Notes under the pieces: model-generated
The model's database searches: none
Told to the model about the DNA's origin: nothing
Seen by the model: the letters and a program-made list of their open reading frames with translations, nothing else
Shown: piece after piece, positions 26,991 through 34,554 of the stretch
How the letters are laid out: each line of letters opens with the position of its first letter
Position numbering within the stretch: position 1 is the first letter of the stretch
Made by a program: the position numbers and the translations under genes
Assembly: GCA_900066355.1 (NCBI GenBank)
Contig: FMEL01000017.1
Span: forward strand, 11,935-75,934
Direction: 5' to 3'
DNA length: 64,000 nucleotides
Source of the DNA: an uncultured Ruminococcus sp.
GTDB taxonomy: Bacteria > Bacillota > Clostridia > Lachnospirales > Lachnospiraceae

Positions 26991-27722
26991 CTAATGAAAT
27001 CCCGGAATTTCTGCACCTTTGCATTTCCCGATTACTTTTCCAAAAATCTTAAAAGAGTCAGATTCCAAAACCTGGATAGGACGATATTTTTGATTTAAAG
27101 AAATCAGATAAACACCATCTGGCTCATCGTGTAATTCCTTGATGTAAGTATTGCCGTTGAGATAGAAGATTCCAATTTCACCATTAGCAAGAGAATCTTT
27201 TTTCTGAATCCATGCAACATCGTCTGTATGATAAAGTGGCTCCATACTGTCACCGGAAATCCGTACACCAAAGTCAGTCTGCTCAGGAGCAAGGTATCCT
27301 ACATCATAGGTTTCTTTTACAGAATCCTCCAGGTAATTTCCAGTACCAGCAGAAACTGGTTCCCAGGTAATTTCTACAGGATGATGGAATGGGATAATTT
27401 TTGCAGACAGTGGAGAAAACTTTTTAGAAGCTTTCAAAATATCAGCAAATTCAATCAATTTATTTCTGCCTTCTTCATTCAATCCACTCATAATGTTATA
27501 TGGGTTTTCTCCAAAGAAGGATTCATATATATCTTCGATATCAAGTAACTGGCAAAGTGTCAGGAAAACATGTAAAGCTGGTTCTCGTGCATTGGTCTCC
27601 CATTTGGAGAGTGCTTTTGTAGTGACCTGAATACCTTCCTGAGAAAGCAGGTCTACAAGATATGATTGAGAGTATCCTTTCTTTTTTCTATTTTCTGCTA
27701 ATATTTCCCCGAAATCACGCAT
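26991..27722 (-). CDS. CI/LexA-like repressor: XRE HTH + S24 peptidase domain
   Basis: 243 aa. The N-terminal HTH is NRKKKGYSQSYLVDLLSQEGIQVTTKALSKWE. The C-terminus has VRISGDSMEPLY (catalytic Ser) and GEIGIFYLNGNTYIKEL. It is divergent from the polymerase gene. Confidence 0.8.
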   Translation of the reverse strand: MRDFGEILAENRKKKGYSQSYLVDLLSQEGIQVTTKALSKWETNAREPALHVFLTLCQLLDIEDIYESFFGENPYNIMSGLNEEGRNKLIEFADILKASKKFSPLSAKIIPFHHPVEITWEPVSAGTGNYLEDSVKETYDVGYLAPEQTDFGVRISGDSMEPLYHTDDVAWIQKKDSLANGEIGIFYLNGNTYIKELHDEPDGVYLISLNQKYRPIQVLESDSFKIFGKVIGKCKGAEIPGFH

Positions 27723-27916
27723 TTGTTCGCCTCATTTCTATTTGAATTTTCTATATGCATTATACCGTATGTTAGAAATAAAATCAACAACAATCTCCAA
27801 AATGGAGAAAATACAACCAAGATGTTACTTGACTATCTCCGGAATGTCGATATATACTAAACATACAAAAATTGATAAGACATCATGTTGAAGGAAACAG
27901 CTGGGAGGTAAAAAGT

Positions 27917-29164
27917 TTGAGTGAGCGTGTGATCCTGCATAGTGATATGAACTGTTTTTATGCCAGTGTAGAAATGCTGCATCATCCGGAATTTGCCGGA
28001 ATGCCGCTGGCAGTCGGTGGCGATCCGGAAGCCAGACATGGGATTGTGCTGACAGCAAATTATATTGCAAAGCAAAAAGGTGTAAAGACCGGAATGGCAT
28101 TATGGCAGGCAAAACAGATTTGTCCGAAAATCATATTTGTACCACCACGGATGGATTTGTATTTGAGATTTTCAAAGATGGCAAGAGAAATCTATTCGGA
28201 GTATACGGACAAGATCGAGCCATATGGAATTGATGAAGCCTGGCTGGATGTATCGGACAGCAGAAATCTGAAAGGAAGCGGAATGACGATTGCAAGAGAA
28301 ATCAGCCATCGGATTAAATACGAATTGGGTGTAACGGTAAGTATTGGAATTTCCTGGAATAAGATTTATGCGAAACTTGGTTCAGATTATAAAAAGCCGG
28401 ATGCAATCACAGAGTTTAATCGAGAAAATTATAAAGACAGGATATGGCAGCTTCCAGCGTCAGATTTGCTTTATGTCGGAAGACAGACAAATAAGAAATT
28501 GCAAAAACTTGGAATCCGGACAATCGGGCAACTTGCGGAATCAGACGAAAAGTTGTTAGAGAGTCATTTTGGAAAAATAGGAAATGTATTATGGGCTTTC
28601 GCAAATGGCTGGGATGAAGATCCGGTTTGCAAGGAAGGATATGAAGCACCAGTAAAGTCGATAGGTAATAGCACTACAACACCGAGAGATCTGGAAAATG
28701 ATCTGGATGTATGGATCATTCAAATAGCATTGGCAGAAAGTGTAGCTGCACGATTGCGGAAACATGGATTTAAATGCAAAACAGTAGAAATTACAGTTCG
28801 AGATAATGGATTGTATAGTTTTTCCAGACAGATACATTTACGACAGCCAACGAATATTACAAACGAGATTGTAACTGCAGCATTTCAGCTATTTAAAGAT
28901 AATTACAAATGGGAATATCCCATTAGAAGCCTGGGAATCCGAGCTGCGGATCTTGTGTTAGATGATATTCCCGTGCAGTTGGATTTATTTGGAAATCAGG
29001 AGAAAAAGGAAAAGTTAGAGAAGCTGGATCGTACTGTAGATGAGATCAGACGACGGTTTGGTTATTTCAGTATACAGCGAGCGGCAATGTATCAGGATAA
29101 AGTCTTATCCCACTTAGACGCTGGTACGCACACGATCCATCCACACAGTTATTTTCATGGGTAA
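27917..29164 (+). CDS. Y-family DNA polymerase (DinB/UmuC/ImpB family)
   Basis: Track ORF is 27872-29164. TTG 27917 is 8 nt after GGGAGG. ILHSDMNCFYASVE is the hallmark N-terminus, and SIDEAWLDV-like IDEAWLDVS is present. Confidence 0.85.
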   Translation: MSERVILHSDMNCFYASVEMLHHPEFAGMPLAVGGDPEARHGIVLTANYIAKQKGVKTGMALWQAKQICPKIIFVPPRMDLYLRFSKMAREIYSEYTDKIEPYGIDEAWLDVSDSRNLKGSGMTIAREISHRIKYELGVTVSIGISWNKIYAKLGSDYKKPDAITEFNRENYKDRIWQLPASDLLYVGRQTNKKLQKLGIRTIGQLAESDEKLLESHFGKIGNVLWAFANGWDEDPVCKEGYEAPVKSIGNSTTTPRDLENDLDVWIIQIALAESVAARLRKHGFKCKTVEITVRDNGLYSFSRQIHLRQPTNITNEIVTAAFQLFKDNYKWEYPIRSLGIRAADLVLDDIPVQLDLFGNQEKKEKLEKLDRTVDEIRRRFGYFSIQRAAMYQDKVLSHLDAGTHTIHPHSYFHG

Positions 29165-29178
29165 TTGGAGGGATAGAT

Positions 29179-29391
29179 TTGAAAAAAGCATTAACCAGAA
29201 AACAGAAAGAAAGTTATCAATGTATTTTGGATTATACGAAGGAGCATGGATATCCGCCGACAGTACGGGAATTTGGAAAATTGATCGGGGTGAAATCAAC
29301 ATCATCAGCATTTTCCAGAATCAAGCAGTTGGAGTTAAATGGATATATCCGCAGAATCCCGGCATCGCCAAGAGCAATTGAGATTTTATAG
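29179..29391 (+). CDS. LexA N-terminal DNA-binding domain only (70 aa, no hinge or peptidase)
   Basis: LTRKQKESYQCILDYTKEHGYPPTVREFGKLIGVKSTSSAFSRIKQLELNGYIRRIPASPRAIEIL then a stop. It is colinear with the LexA winged-helix domain up to PRAIEI(L). TTG start. Confidence 0.7.
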   Translation: MKKALTRKQKESYQCILDYTKEHGYPPTVREFGKLIGVKSTSSAFSRIKQLELNGYIRRIPASPRAIEIL

Positions 29392-29403
29392 TGAGGTGTC
29401 GGC

Positions 29404-29643
29404 ATGAACAAAGTATATGTAGATGTAGTAGCAGAGTTTCGTAAAGACGGACAGCTGGTTCCCATATTTTTTACATGGGAGGATGGAAGAAAGTATAGCA
29501 TTGACAGAATTTTGAAAATCGAGCGATGCGCCAGCAGAAAGGCAGGCGGTGTAGGAATGATGTACACCTGTATGATACAGGGGCAGGAAAGCCACTTGTT
29601 TTACGAAGTGGATAAATGGTTTATGGAGAGAAAAACAGCATAA
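29404..29643 (+). CDS. Hypothetical protein (79 aa) co-transcribed with the polymerase/LexA-NTD genes
   Basis: An ORF of protein-like composition, spaced tightly after the LexA-NTD gene. I recognise no motif. Confidence 0.5.
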   Translation: MNKVYVDVVAEFRKDGQLVPIFFTWEDGRKYSIDRILKIERCASRKAGGVGMMYTCMIQGQESHLFYEVDKWFMERKTA

Positions 29644-29884
29644 GGAGAGATTGGTATAGACGATATTATTTGGATTATTAACCGGCAGGGATAGTCACTT
29701 TCCCTTTATATTCCTGCAGGTTTTACATAAGAAGAGGGATTCCGGTCAGCAAAGGCAGCTCCCACAATGCCTTTTGGATATCCGCTTCTGCAAGTTATAG
29801 TAAGTAATTGCTTCCCATCAAAATCATGGGGAAAGCGAACTGGTCTGAAAGACCGCCAGTTAGTGTGATGATGATAAGGAGATT

Positions 29885-30466
29885 TTGAAACTGATGACAG
29901 ACAGAGATTATGCAATTAAATCAATGAAAGAAATTACCTTCCAGATGGCAAGTCATGCACAGGATTATCTGGAAGTTACAATCGAAAGACATTATACTGA
30001 TATTAAAGAATTGATGACAAGCTATCAGAAATTGATTTTGGAAAATCAGATTGTGTTAGAAGAACTGGATATGGAATGCCAGGAGAAAATCAATGAAGAC
30101 ATGGCATATGCATTGAGTTATCTGAGCATTTATAACAACCAGCTGAATGTGCCAAAGATGCACCGGGAGATGAATAATCTGATGATTATTTATGGATTGT
30201 CGGACATGATCTATCGGGGAATGACTTTAGTGAAGTTCTATGCACCGAATGGTGTGATGCTCAGTGAAATCCTTCATTCCTGTTTTTGCAGTCATTATAA
30301 TAAGACAGATGTGGAAGTGCAGCAGGAGTTAGGAATAGGCAGGACTTCTTTTTATAAAATGAAGAAGCAGGCACTTGGGTATTTAGGATTTTATTTTTAT
30401 GAGATCGTGGTACCGCAGGCAAAGGATAAAAGATTTAAACCGTCACTGGGCGTTGAGGAAGAGTAG
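29885..30466 (+). CDS. Hypothetical protein with a C-terminal HTH (ArpU/sigma region-4-like)
   Basis: 193 aa. The C-terminus VEVQQELGIGRTSFYKMKKQALGYLG looks like an HTH. The start is uncertain (TTG 29885 or ATG 29894). Confidence 0.45.
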   Translation: MKLMTDRDYAIKSMKEITFQMASHAQDYLEVTIERHYTDIKELMTSYQKLILENQIVLEELDMECQEKINEDMAYALSYLSIYNNQLNVPKMHREMNNLMIIYGLSDMIYRGMTLVKFYAPNGVMLSEILHSCFCSHYNKTDVEVQQELGIGRTSFYKMKKQALGYLGFYFYEIVVPQAKDKRFKPSLGVEEE

Positions 30467-30475
30467 GTGAGTAAT

Positions 30476-30847
30476 ATGAGATACGAAGATTCGATGAAAG
30501 GTGTAGCTGATCAGATAATCAAAGAACAGCAGCGAGCCAGTAAAATTAAAAACAATCCAGAAGAGTTCCATTGGCATGACGAATATGCAACGTTGAATTT
30601 CTTTCGGTTTATCTGCAAAAATATCGGTAACTTGGGAAATGGAGAAATTGAAAAAATGGTCACACGCTTAAAGAGCATAGATCAGAAAGCAGTGGAAAAC
30701 CATGTGAATGGTGCTATTTGGGCATTTGATTATGATAAGATGTTCTGTGTATTGATGGAAAATGAAATTTGCCGAAAGGTGTGTGAAAAGAATAAATATA
30801 ATAGTTGGACGAAGCTGATTGGACAGTATTGTATTTCAATGGCTTAA
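30476..30847 (+). CDS. Hypothetical protein
   Basis: Track ORF is 30467-30847 with a GTG start. ATG 30476 follows AGGTGAG. No recognised motif. Confidence 0.45.
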   Translation: MRYEDSMKGVADQIIKEQQRASKIKNNPEEFHWHDEYATLNFFRFICKNIGNLGNGEIEKMVTRLKSIDQKAVENHVNGAIWAFDYDKMFCVLMENEICRKVCEKNKYNSWTKLIGQYCISMA

Positions 30848-30855
30848 AGATAAAG

Positions 30856-30893
30856 AAAGTTGCTGGAGAGAAAAAATATTCTCCAGCAACTTT
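30856..30893. terminator. Bidirectional hairpin terminator
   Basis: AAAGTTGCTGGAGA / TCTCCAGCAACTTT form a perfect 14-bp stem between convergent genes. Confidence 0.7.
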
Positions 30894-30923
30894 GTCTTTG
30901 ATGAATAAAGATCAATTTTTTAT

Positions 30924-31163
30924 TTAACTATTCTCACTATTATTTGATTCAGTGATTTTTTTCTTCTTTGGAGAAACCAGTTTGTGACCGGAATAAATGG
31001 ACATGCCCATACAAAGCAATGAAGAATAGGCAAAGTATTTATGTGCAGTCATAGATTTTTTGATTCCAGAATAAATGCATCCCAACATACAGAAAAGTGC
31101 GCCTAAGGACCAGTATTTATGTGATTTCATGATTTGATACCTCCTTTGATTTAACTGATTCAA
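30924..31163 (-). CDS. Small membrane protein (2 TM, internal duplication)
   Basis: 79 aa. HKYWSLGALFCMLGCIYSG and HKYFAYSSLLCMGMSIYSG are repeated hydrophobic segments. Confidence 0.5.
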   Translation of the reverse strand: MNQLNQRRYQIMKSHKYWSLGALFCMLGCIYSGIKKSMTAHKYFAYSSLLCMGMSIYSGHKLVSPKKKKITESNNSENS

Positions 31164-31309
31164 TCATAACGCTTTTTTACGAAAATGCAAAGAAAAACTT
31201 TGAATATAGTTCTGTAGAATTAGAACTTGGTTTTGCGATTCTGTATATTTAAGATATTCACAAGTATACTAAATTCAGAACGATTATTCGTTCTGGAGGA
31301 GGTGTTACG

Positions 31310-31627
31310 ATGGATTTGAAAGCAGTAGGACAGCGAATCAAATCAGCACGAGAAGCAAAAAATCTCACGCAAGAGGAACTGGCTGCATTAGTAAATTTAA
31401 GTCCGACGCATGTGAGTGTAATAGAGAGAGGCTTGAAAGTTACAAAATTGGATACCTTTGTTGCAATTGCAAATGCATTAGATGTTTCTGCAGATACTCT
31501 TTTGATTGATGTTGTGGCACATTCAGTTACAGGTGTTACCAATGAGCTGGCAGAGAAAATAGAAAAACTTCCGATCAAAGAGCAGAAAAAAATTATCAAA
31601 GTAATCCATACATTATTGGAAGAATAA
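31310..31627 (+). CDS. XRE-family HTH regulator
   Basis: 105 aa. VGQRIKSAREAKNLTQEELAALVNLSPTHVSVIERGLKVTKLDTFVAIANAL. Confidence 0.85.
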   Translation: MDLKAVGQRIKSAREAKNLTQEELAALVNLSPTHVSVIERGLKVTKLDTFVAIANALDVSADTLLIDVVAHSVTGVTNELAEKIEKLPIKEQKKIIKVIHTLLEE

Positions 31628-31641
31628 TATGACAAAACTAG

Positions 31642-31668
31642 GAAGAGCAAGTAGCTCTTCTTTTTTTT
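31642..31668 (+). terminator. Rho-independent terminator
   Basis: GAAGAGC-AAGTA-GCTCTTC followed by 8 T. Confidence 0.8.
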
Positions 31669-31779
31669 GCCCCTTTATCCAGCTTTAAGTTGTAAAGTGT
31701 CTTTTCATGACAATAGAAATATGCTAAATTAGTTCTATAGAACAAGATATAATTCTACCTGTATATTGGAGGAAAATGA

Positions 31780-31992
31780 ATGAGAGAGAAAACTATTTAT
31801 GAGAAGATTGCAGAAAAGTACAACACAACACCAGAAGAGGTACGCAGAGAAATGCAGATAGCCATAGATGCAGGATTTGATAATCCCGATCCGGCTGTGC
31901 AGGAAGAATGGAAGAAAATGACACTTAAAGGAGACAGACCTACACCGGAAGAAGTAGTCAATTACGCAGTAAAACAATTTAAAGGAAATTAA
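31780..31992 (+). CDS. Small protein resembling the Spo0A C-terminal DNA-binding half
   Basis: 70 aa. IYEKIAEKYNTTPEEVRREMQIAID...DRPTPEEVVNYAVKQ compares with B. subtilis Spo0A [25 protein letters not shown]...AKPTNSEFIAMVADK, recalled from memory. Confidence 0.55.
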   Translation: MREKTIYEKIAEKYNTTPEEVRREMQIAIDAGFDNPDPAVQEEWKKMTLKGDRPTPEEVVNYAVKQFKGN

Positions 31993-31999
31993 TGAAAAT

Positions 32000-32431
32000 A
32001 TGAAGAAAAAGATAATTGCAGTGATAACAGGAGCAGTGATCTTGATAATTGCTGCAGGAAGTATTTATGGGAAATCTGAATCTGGTCATAAGGAAGGCGA
32101 ACCGGATGTAGTTGGAACATTTTCCGTAAATCGAGATGAAAATATTACAGTGGTGGCTAACCGGGGACATATCGGGGATAAAGAAGCTTTTGCAAGAGAA
32201 CTTTTGCAGATGTACAAGGATGATTCATTTTATTCGACAAAATTCTCCACAGACAGGGGATATGCGACGAGCCTTGATATGAACATCTATTTATGGAAAG
32301 AGGATATTGAAGATGGGGAATCGGTAATGACAGCCGAATATAGACCTGTAGAATACGGAAAGGACTATGATGTAGTCAATAATCCTGATAAATTTCAACT
32401 ATATATAGATGGAAAAGAAGCAGAAGAATAA
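32000..32431 (+). CDS. Hypothetical membrane-anchored or secreted protein
   Basis: 143 aa with an N-terminal hydrophobic segment, KIIAVITGAVILIIAAGSIYG. Confidence 0.5.
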   Translation: MKKKIIAVITGAVILIIAAGSIYGKSESGHKEGEPDVVGTFSVNRDENITVVANRGHIGDKEAFARELLQMYKDDSFYSTKFSTDRGYATSLDMNIYLWKEDIEDGESVMTAEYRPVEYGKDYDVVNNPDKFQLYIDGKEAEE

Positions 32432-32583
32432 CACGGTGAACTTTTTATACTGAAATATGTACGATTCCAATAATGATATGAACTTATGGGAATATATTGC
32501 GGATACTTTGTGAACTTTATCCTGATACAATGATTATGCTGATGAAAGAAGGCATAGATAACTGAATACAAGAAAGAGACGAA

Positions 32584-32622
32584 AGCCTCAGTAGTTAAGA
32601 AAAAACTACTGGGGCTTTTTTT
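32584..32622 (+). terminator. Rho-independent terminator
   Basis: AGCCTCAGTAGTT / AACTACTGGGGCT form a 13-bp stem (one G-T) followed by 7 T. Confidence 0.85.
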
Positions 32623-32757
32623 CGTGCCTGAATTTCTCAGCCAATAACTGCGGGCGTATCCCGGCAGGATAAAGGCGGAGCAGGCATGATCCTAAACAGA
32701 GGTCCGCCTTCTGGATTTGAAACGAGCAACAAGATTTCAAATTCAGGAGGAACGGAT

Positions 32758-33231
32758 ATGTATATTGAACACCCATATTTTTACGAAGGAAAGTATTACG
32801 CAAATATTGATGGAGAAATGATCGAGATTACAAAAGAAGTTGCGTATGCGATGAATAATTTTTACAGAAGCAGCAAGGCAAAAAAAGTTGAGATTAAGAA
32901 TGAACTGGGTGAGGTTGTGGATAAGATGCTGAGAGAAGTACCTTACAGCGGTCAGTCTATTGATGGAGAAGGCTTCATGATTGAGGATTTTCCAGATCTG
33001 AACTGTGATGTGGAGCACTGTGTACTGACAAAAATGGAACAGCAGGATATTCACACAGTGATCTATCAACTGAACTCAGAGGAACGCATGATTATTTATG
33101 GCATTTTCTTTGAAAACAAGACACAGACACAGATGGCGGAAATTATGGGGATTTCCAGACAGATGCTGTCATACAAGCTGAAATCCACTCTTAATAAGAT
33201 GCGTGAAATGTATATGAATAAATTTTTTTAA
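32758..33231 (+). CDS. Sigma-70 region-4-like HTH protein (Tn916 Orf7-like element regulator)
   Basis: Track ORF is 32686-33231. I moved the start to ATG 32758, which follows CAGGAGG. The C-terminus is TQTQMAEIMGISRQMLSYKLKSTLNKMRE. Confidence 0.6.
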   Translation: MYIEHPYFYEGKYYANIDGEMIEITKEVAYAMNNFYRSSKAKKVEIKNELGEVVDKMLREVPYSGQSIDGEGFMIEDFPDLNCDVEHCVLTKMEQQDIHTVIYQLNSEERMIIYGIFFENKTQTQMAEIMGISRQMLSYKLKSTLNKMREMYMNKFF

Positions 33232-33239
33232 AAAATTTT

Positions 33240-33790
33240 TCAAAATCTTTTGCATCTGCCAAAGTCATTTGACTTTAGTAATTAGAGGAAGTTAAAGGAC
33301 TTCCTAAAATGAACCATGATAACTGAATATCCAATAATAACTGACGTGACATTTCATACAGTGAGCACGAGGAAGATGCCGCTATAGGATTATAAGACGT
33401 AAAAACCTTTTTAGAGCTAATAATGCTGCGAAAAAGCACTGACCAAAGCCAGTCGGCAGACTGGTGATGCGATGACATGTGTGAGATGCGATACACTTGC
33501 AGACCCTGAGAAGTCTGTAACTGGTAAACCTATGAACTGCTGGAGCCTGGAAACGAGAGTTTTTTGGTTGTGGTCCGGAGTGTAGCATCCGGACAGGTTA
33601 TTATTCCCTTCCTGCAGATGTAGGAGTAACGATTCGGGGTATCGAGGATAAATAGAATCGAGCGAGCACTGTTTAATAATCAAATTGGCTATAGAGGTTA
33701 TGCGGCAGAGCTTTCCGTCTTGGAAAGGAACTCTGCCGTATTCCTGTGGAGCCAATATAGCGCTATGAATGCTTTACAAATAAAAAAAGA
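33240..33790. ncRNA. Candidate structured non-coding region (unclassified; strand unknown)
   Basis: About 570 nt lack a credible ORF between two + strand genes. Hairpins lie at 33261-33276, 33286-33305, 33449-33464, 33573-33594, 33630-33660 and 33703-33738 (a 14-bp bipartite stem with a 3-nt bulge). GATGCGAT is repeated directly at 33466 and 33485. Confidence 0.3.
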
Positions 33791-33805
33791 TTGGAGAGAT
33801 GACAA

Positions 33806-34186
33806 GTGACGATTCGAAGAGGAGATATCTTATGGGCGGATCTCGGTATGTTCCCGACAACTTCGGTTCAGGGTGGAGTAAGACCGGTGATCGTAGTAAG
33901 TAACAACAAAGCTAATACATACAGTTCAGTCATTACAGTAGTTCCGCTGACGTCAAGAATATATAAGAAGCGGTATTTACCAACACATGTATTTATCAGT
34001 AAATACGATATGATAGGGATCCGAAAAGGAAGCCTGGCATTGGCTGAACAGGTTATGAGCATTTCTACAAAATGTATTATTGAGAAATGCGGAAGAGTAA
34101 ATAAGTGGAGCCTGGATCGGGTACTGAAAGCAGTACGGATTCAGATGGGAATGGAAGGAGAAGGGCATGACTGCGGAAGAATATAG
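33806..34186 (+). CDS. PemK/MazF-family toxin-fold protein
   Basis: 126 aa with a GTG start 7 nt after GGAGAG. RGDILWADLG...GGVRPVIVVSNN...VITVVPLTS is the MazF/PemK pattern. Confidence 0.8.
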   Translation: MTIRRGDILWADLGMFPTTSVQGGVRPVIVVSNNKANTYSSVITVVPLTSRIYKKRYLPTHVFISKYDMIGIRKGSLALAEQVMSISTKCIIEKCGRVNKWSLDRVLKAVRIQMGMEGEGHDCGRI

Positions 34187-34415
34187 AAACTATCTGGAAA
34201 CGGATTTTGATGATGTGGATCTGAAGGAATTGAAGGATATCCGAAAAATAAGGATTGACCGGAATCAGACGAAGGAAAAAAGAATAGCTCAATATCTCAG
34301 ACAGGTGGGAAATCCCTATCTTGTCTGTATAGGAAATGTAAAAGTGAAAATAAGGTTTGCAAACAATGGAGTATCTTTTGAAGATGCATTTGAGGAACTT
34401 TTGCTTTCTGTATAA
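34167..34415 (+). CDS. Small conserved hypothetical protein (82 aa), translationally coupled to the MazF-like gene
   Basis: It overlaps the previous gene by 20 nt and follows GGAGAAGGG. LRQVGNPYLVCIGNVKVKIRF resembles a small family I recall next to serine recombinases (possibly DUF6870; unverified). Confidence 0.5.
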   Translation: MTAEEYRNYLETDFDDVDLKELKDIRKIRIDRNQTKEKRIAQYLRQVGNPYLVCIGNVKVKIRFANNGVSFEDAFEELLLSV

Positions 34416-34554
34416 AAAGTGATGGTAAAATCTGAAGAGTTATGTTAATATGGAAACGAGGAATTCAGGACTCCTCATTCATATCAGGACAAAATCGACT
34501 CACCCTCTGGGTTTTACCAATGTTGATGGAAAGGTAAAACTAAGGAGGATGAAG

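Noticed and set aside
29644-29884. A 240-nt spacer with a 69-aa minus-strand ORF (29706-29915)
   Set aside because: The ORF composition is not protein-like and there is no RBS. I could not identify a gene remnant or a convincing RNA structure.
32686-32757. N-terminal extensions of track ORFs (32686, 34450, 14122, 21997, 43006, 44879, 842, 42475)
   Set aside because: In each case an internal ATG or TTG has a well-spaced Shine-Dalgarno sequence, and the family-typical N-terminus begins there. The upstream codons overlap terminators or intergenic DNA.
33281-33305. GAGGAAGT... reminiscent of the RNase P GAGGAAAGUCC box
   Set aside because: The match is only partial, and the rest of the region lacks the RNase P conserved regions. 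A housekeeping RNA is also unlikely inside an island.
33445-33470. AGCCAGTCGGCAGACTGG, considered as a cobalamin-riboswitch B12 box
   Set aside because: It does not match the B12-box consensus well, and no other riboswitch core elements or B12-related downstream genes are present.
33703-33738. A hairpin resembling group II intron domain V (two helices, a 3'-side bulge, a small loop)
   Set aside because: There is no AGC/CGC catalytic triad at the expected position, the bulge is 3 nt and the loop is 5 nt. I found no GUGYG 5' end, no intron-encoded protein and no clear domain VI. It is kept only as part of the generic structured-RNA candidate.
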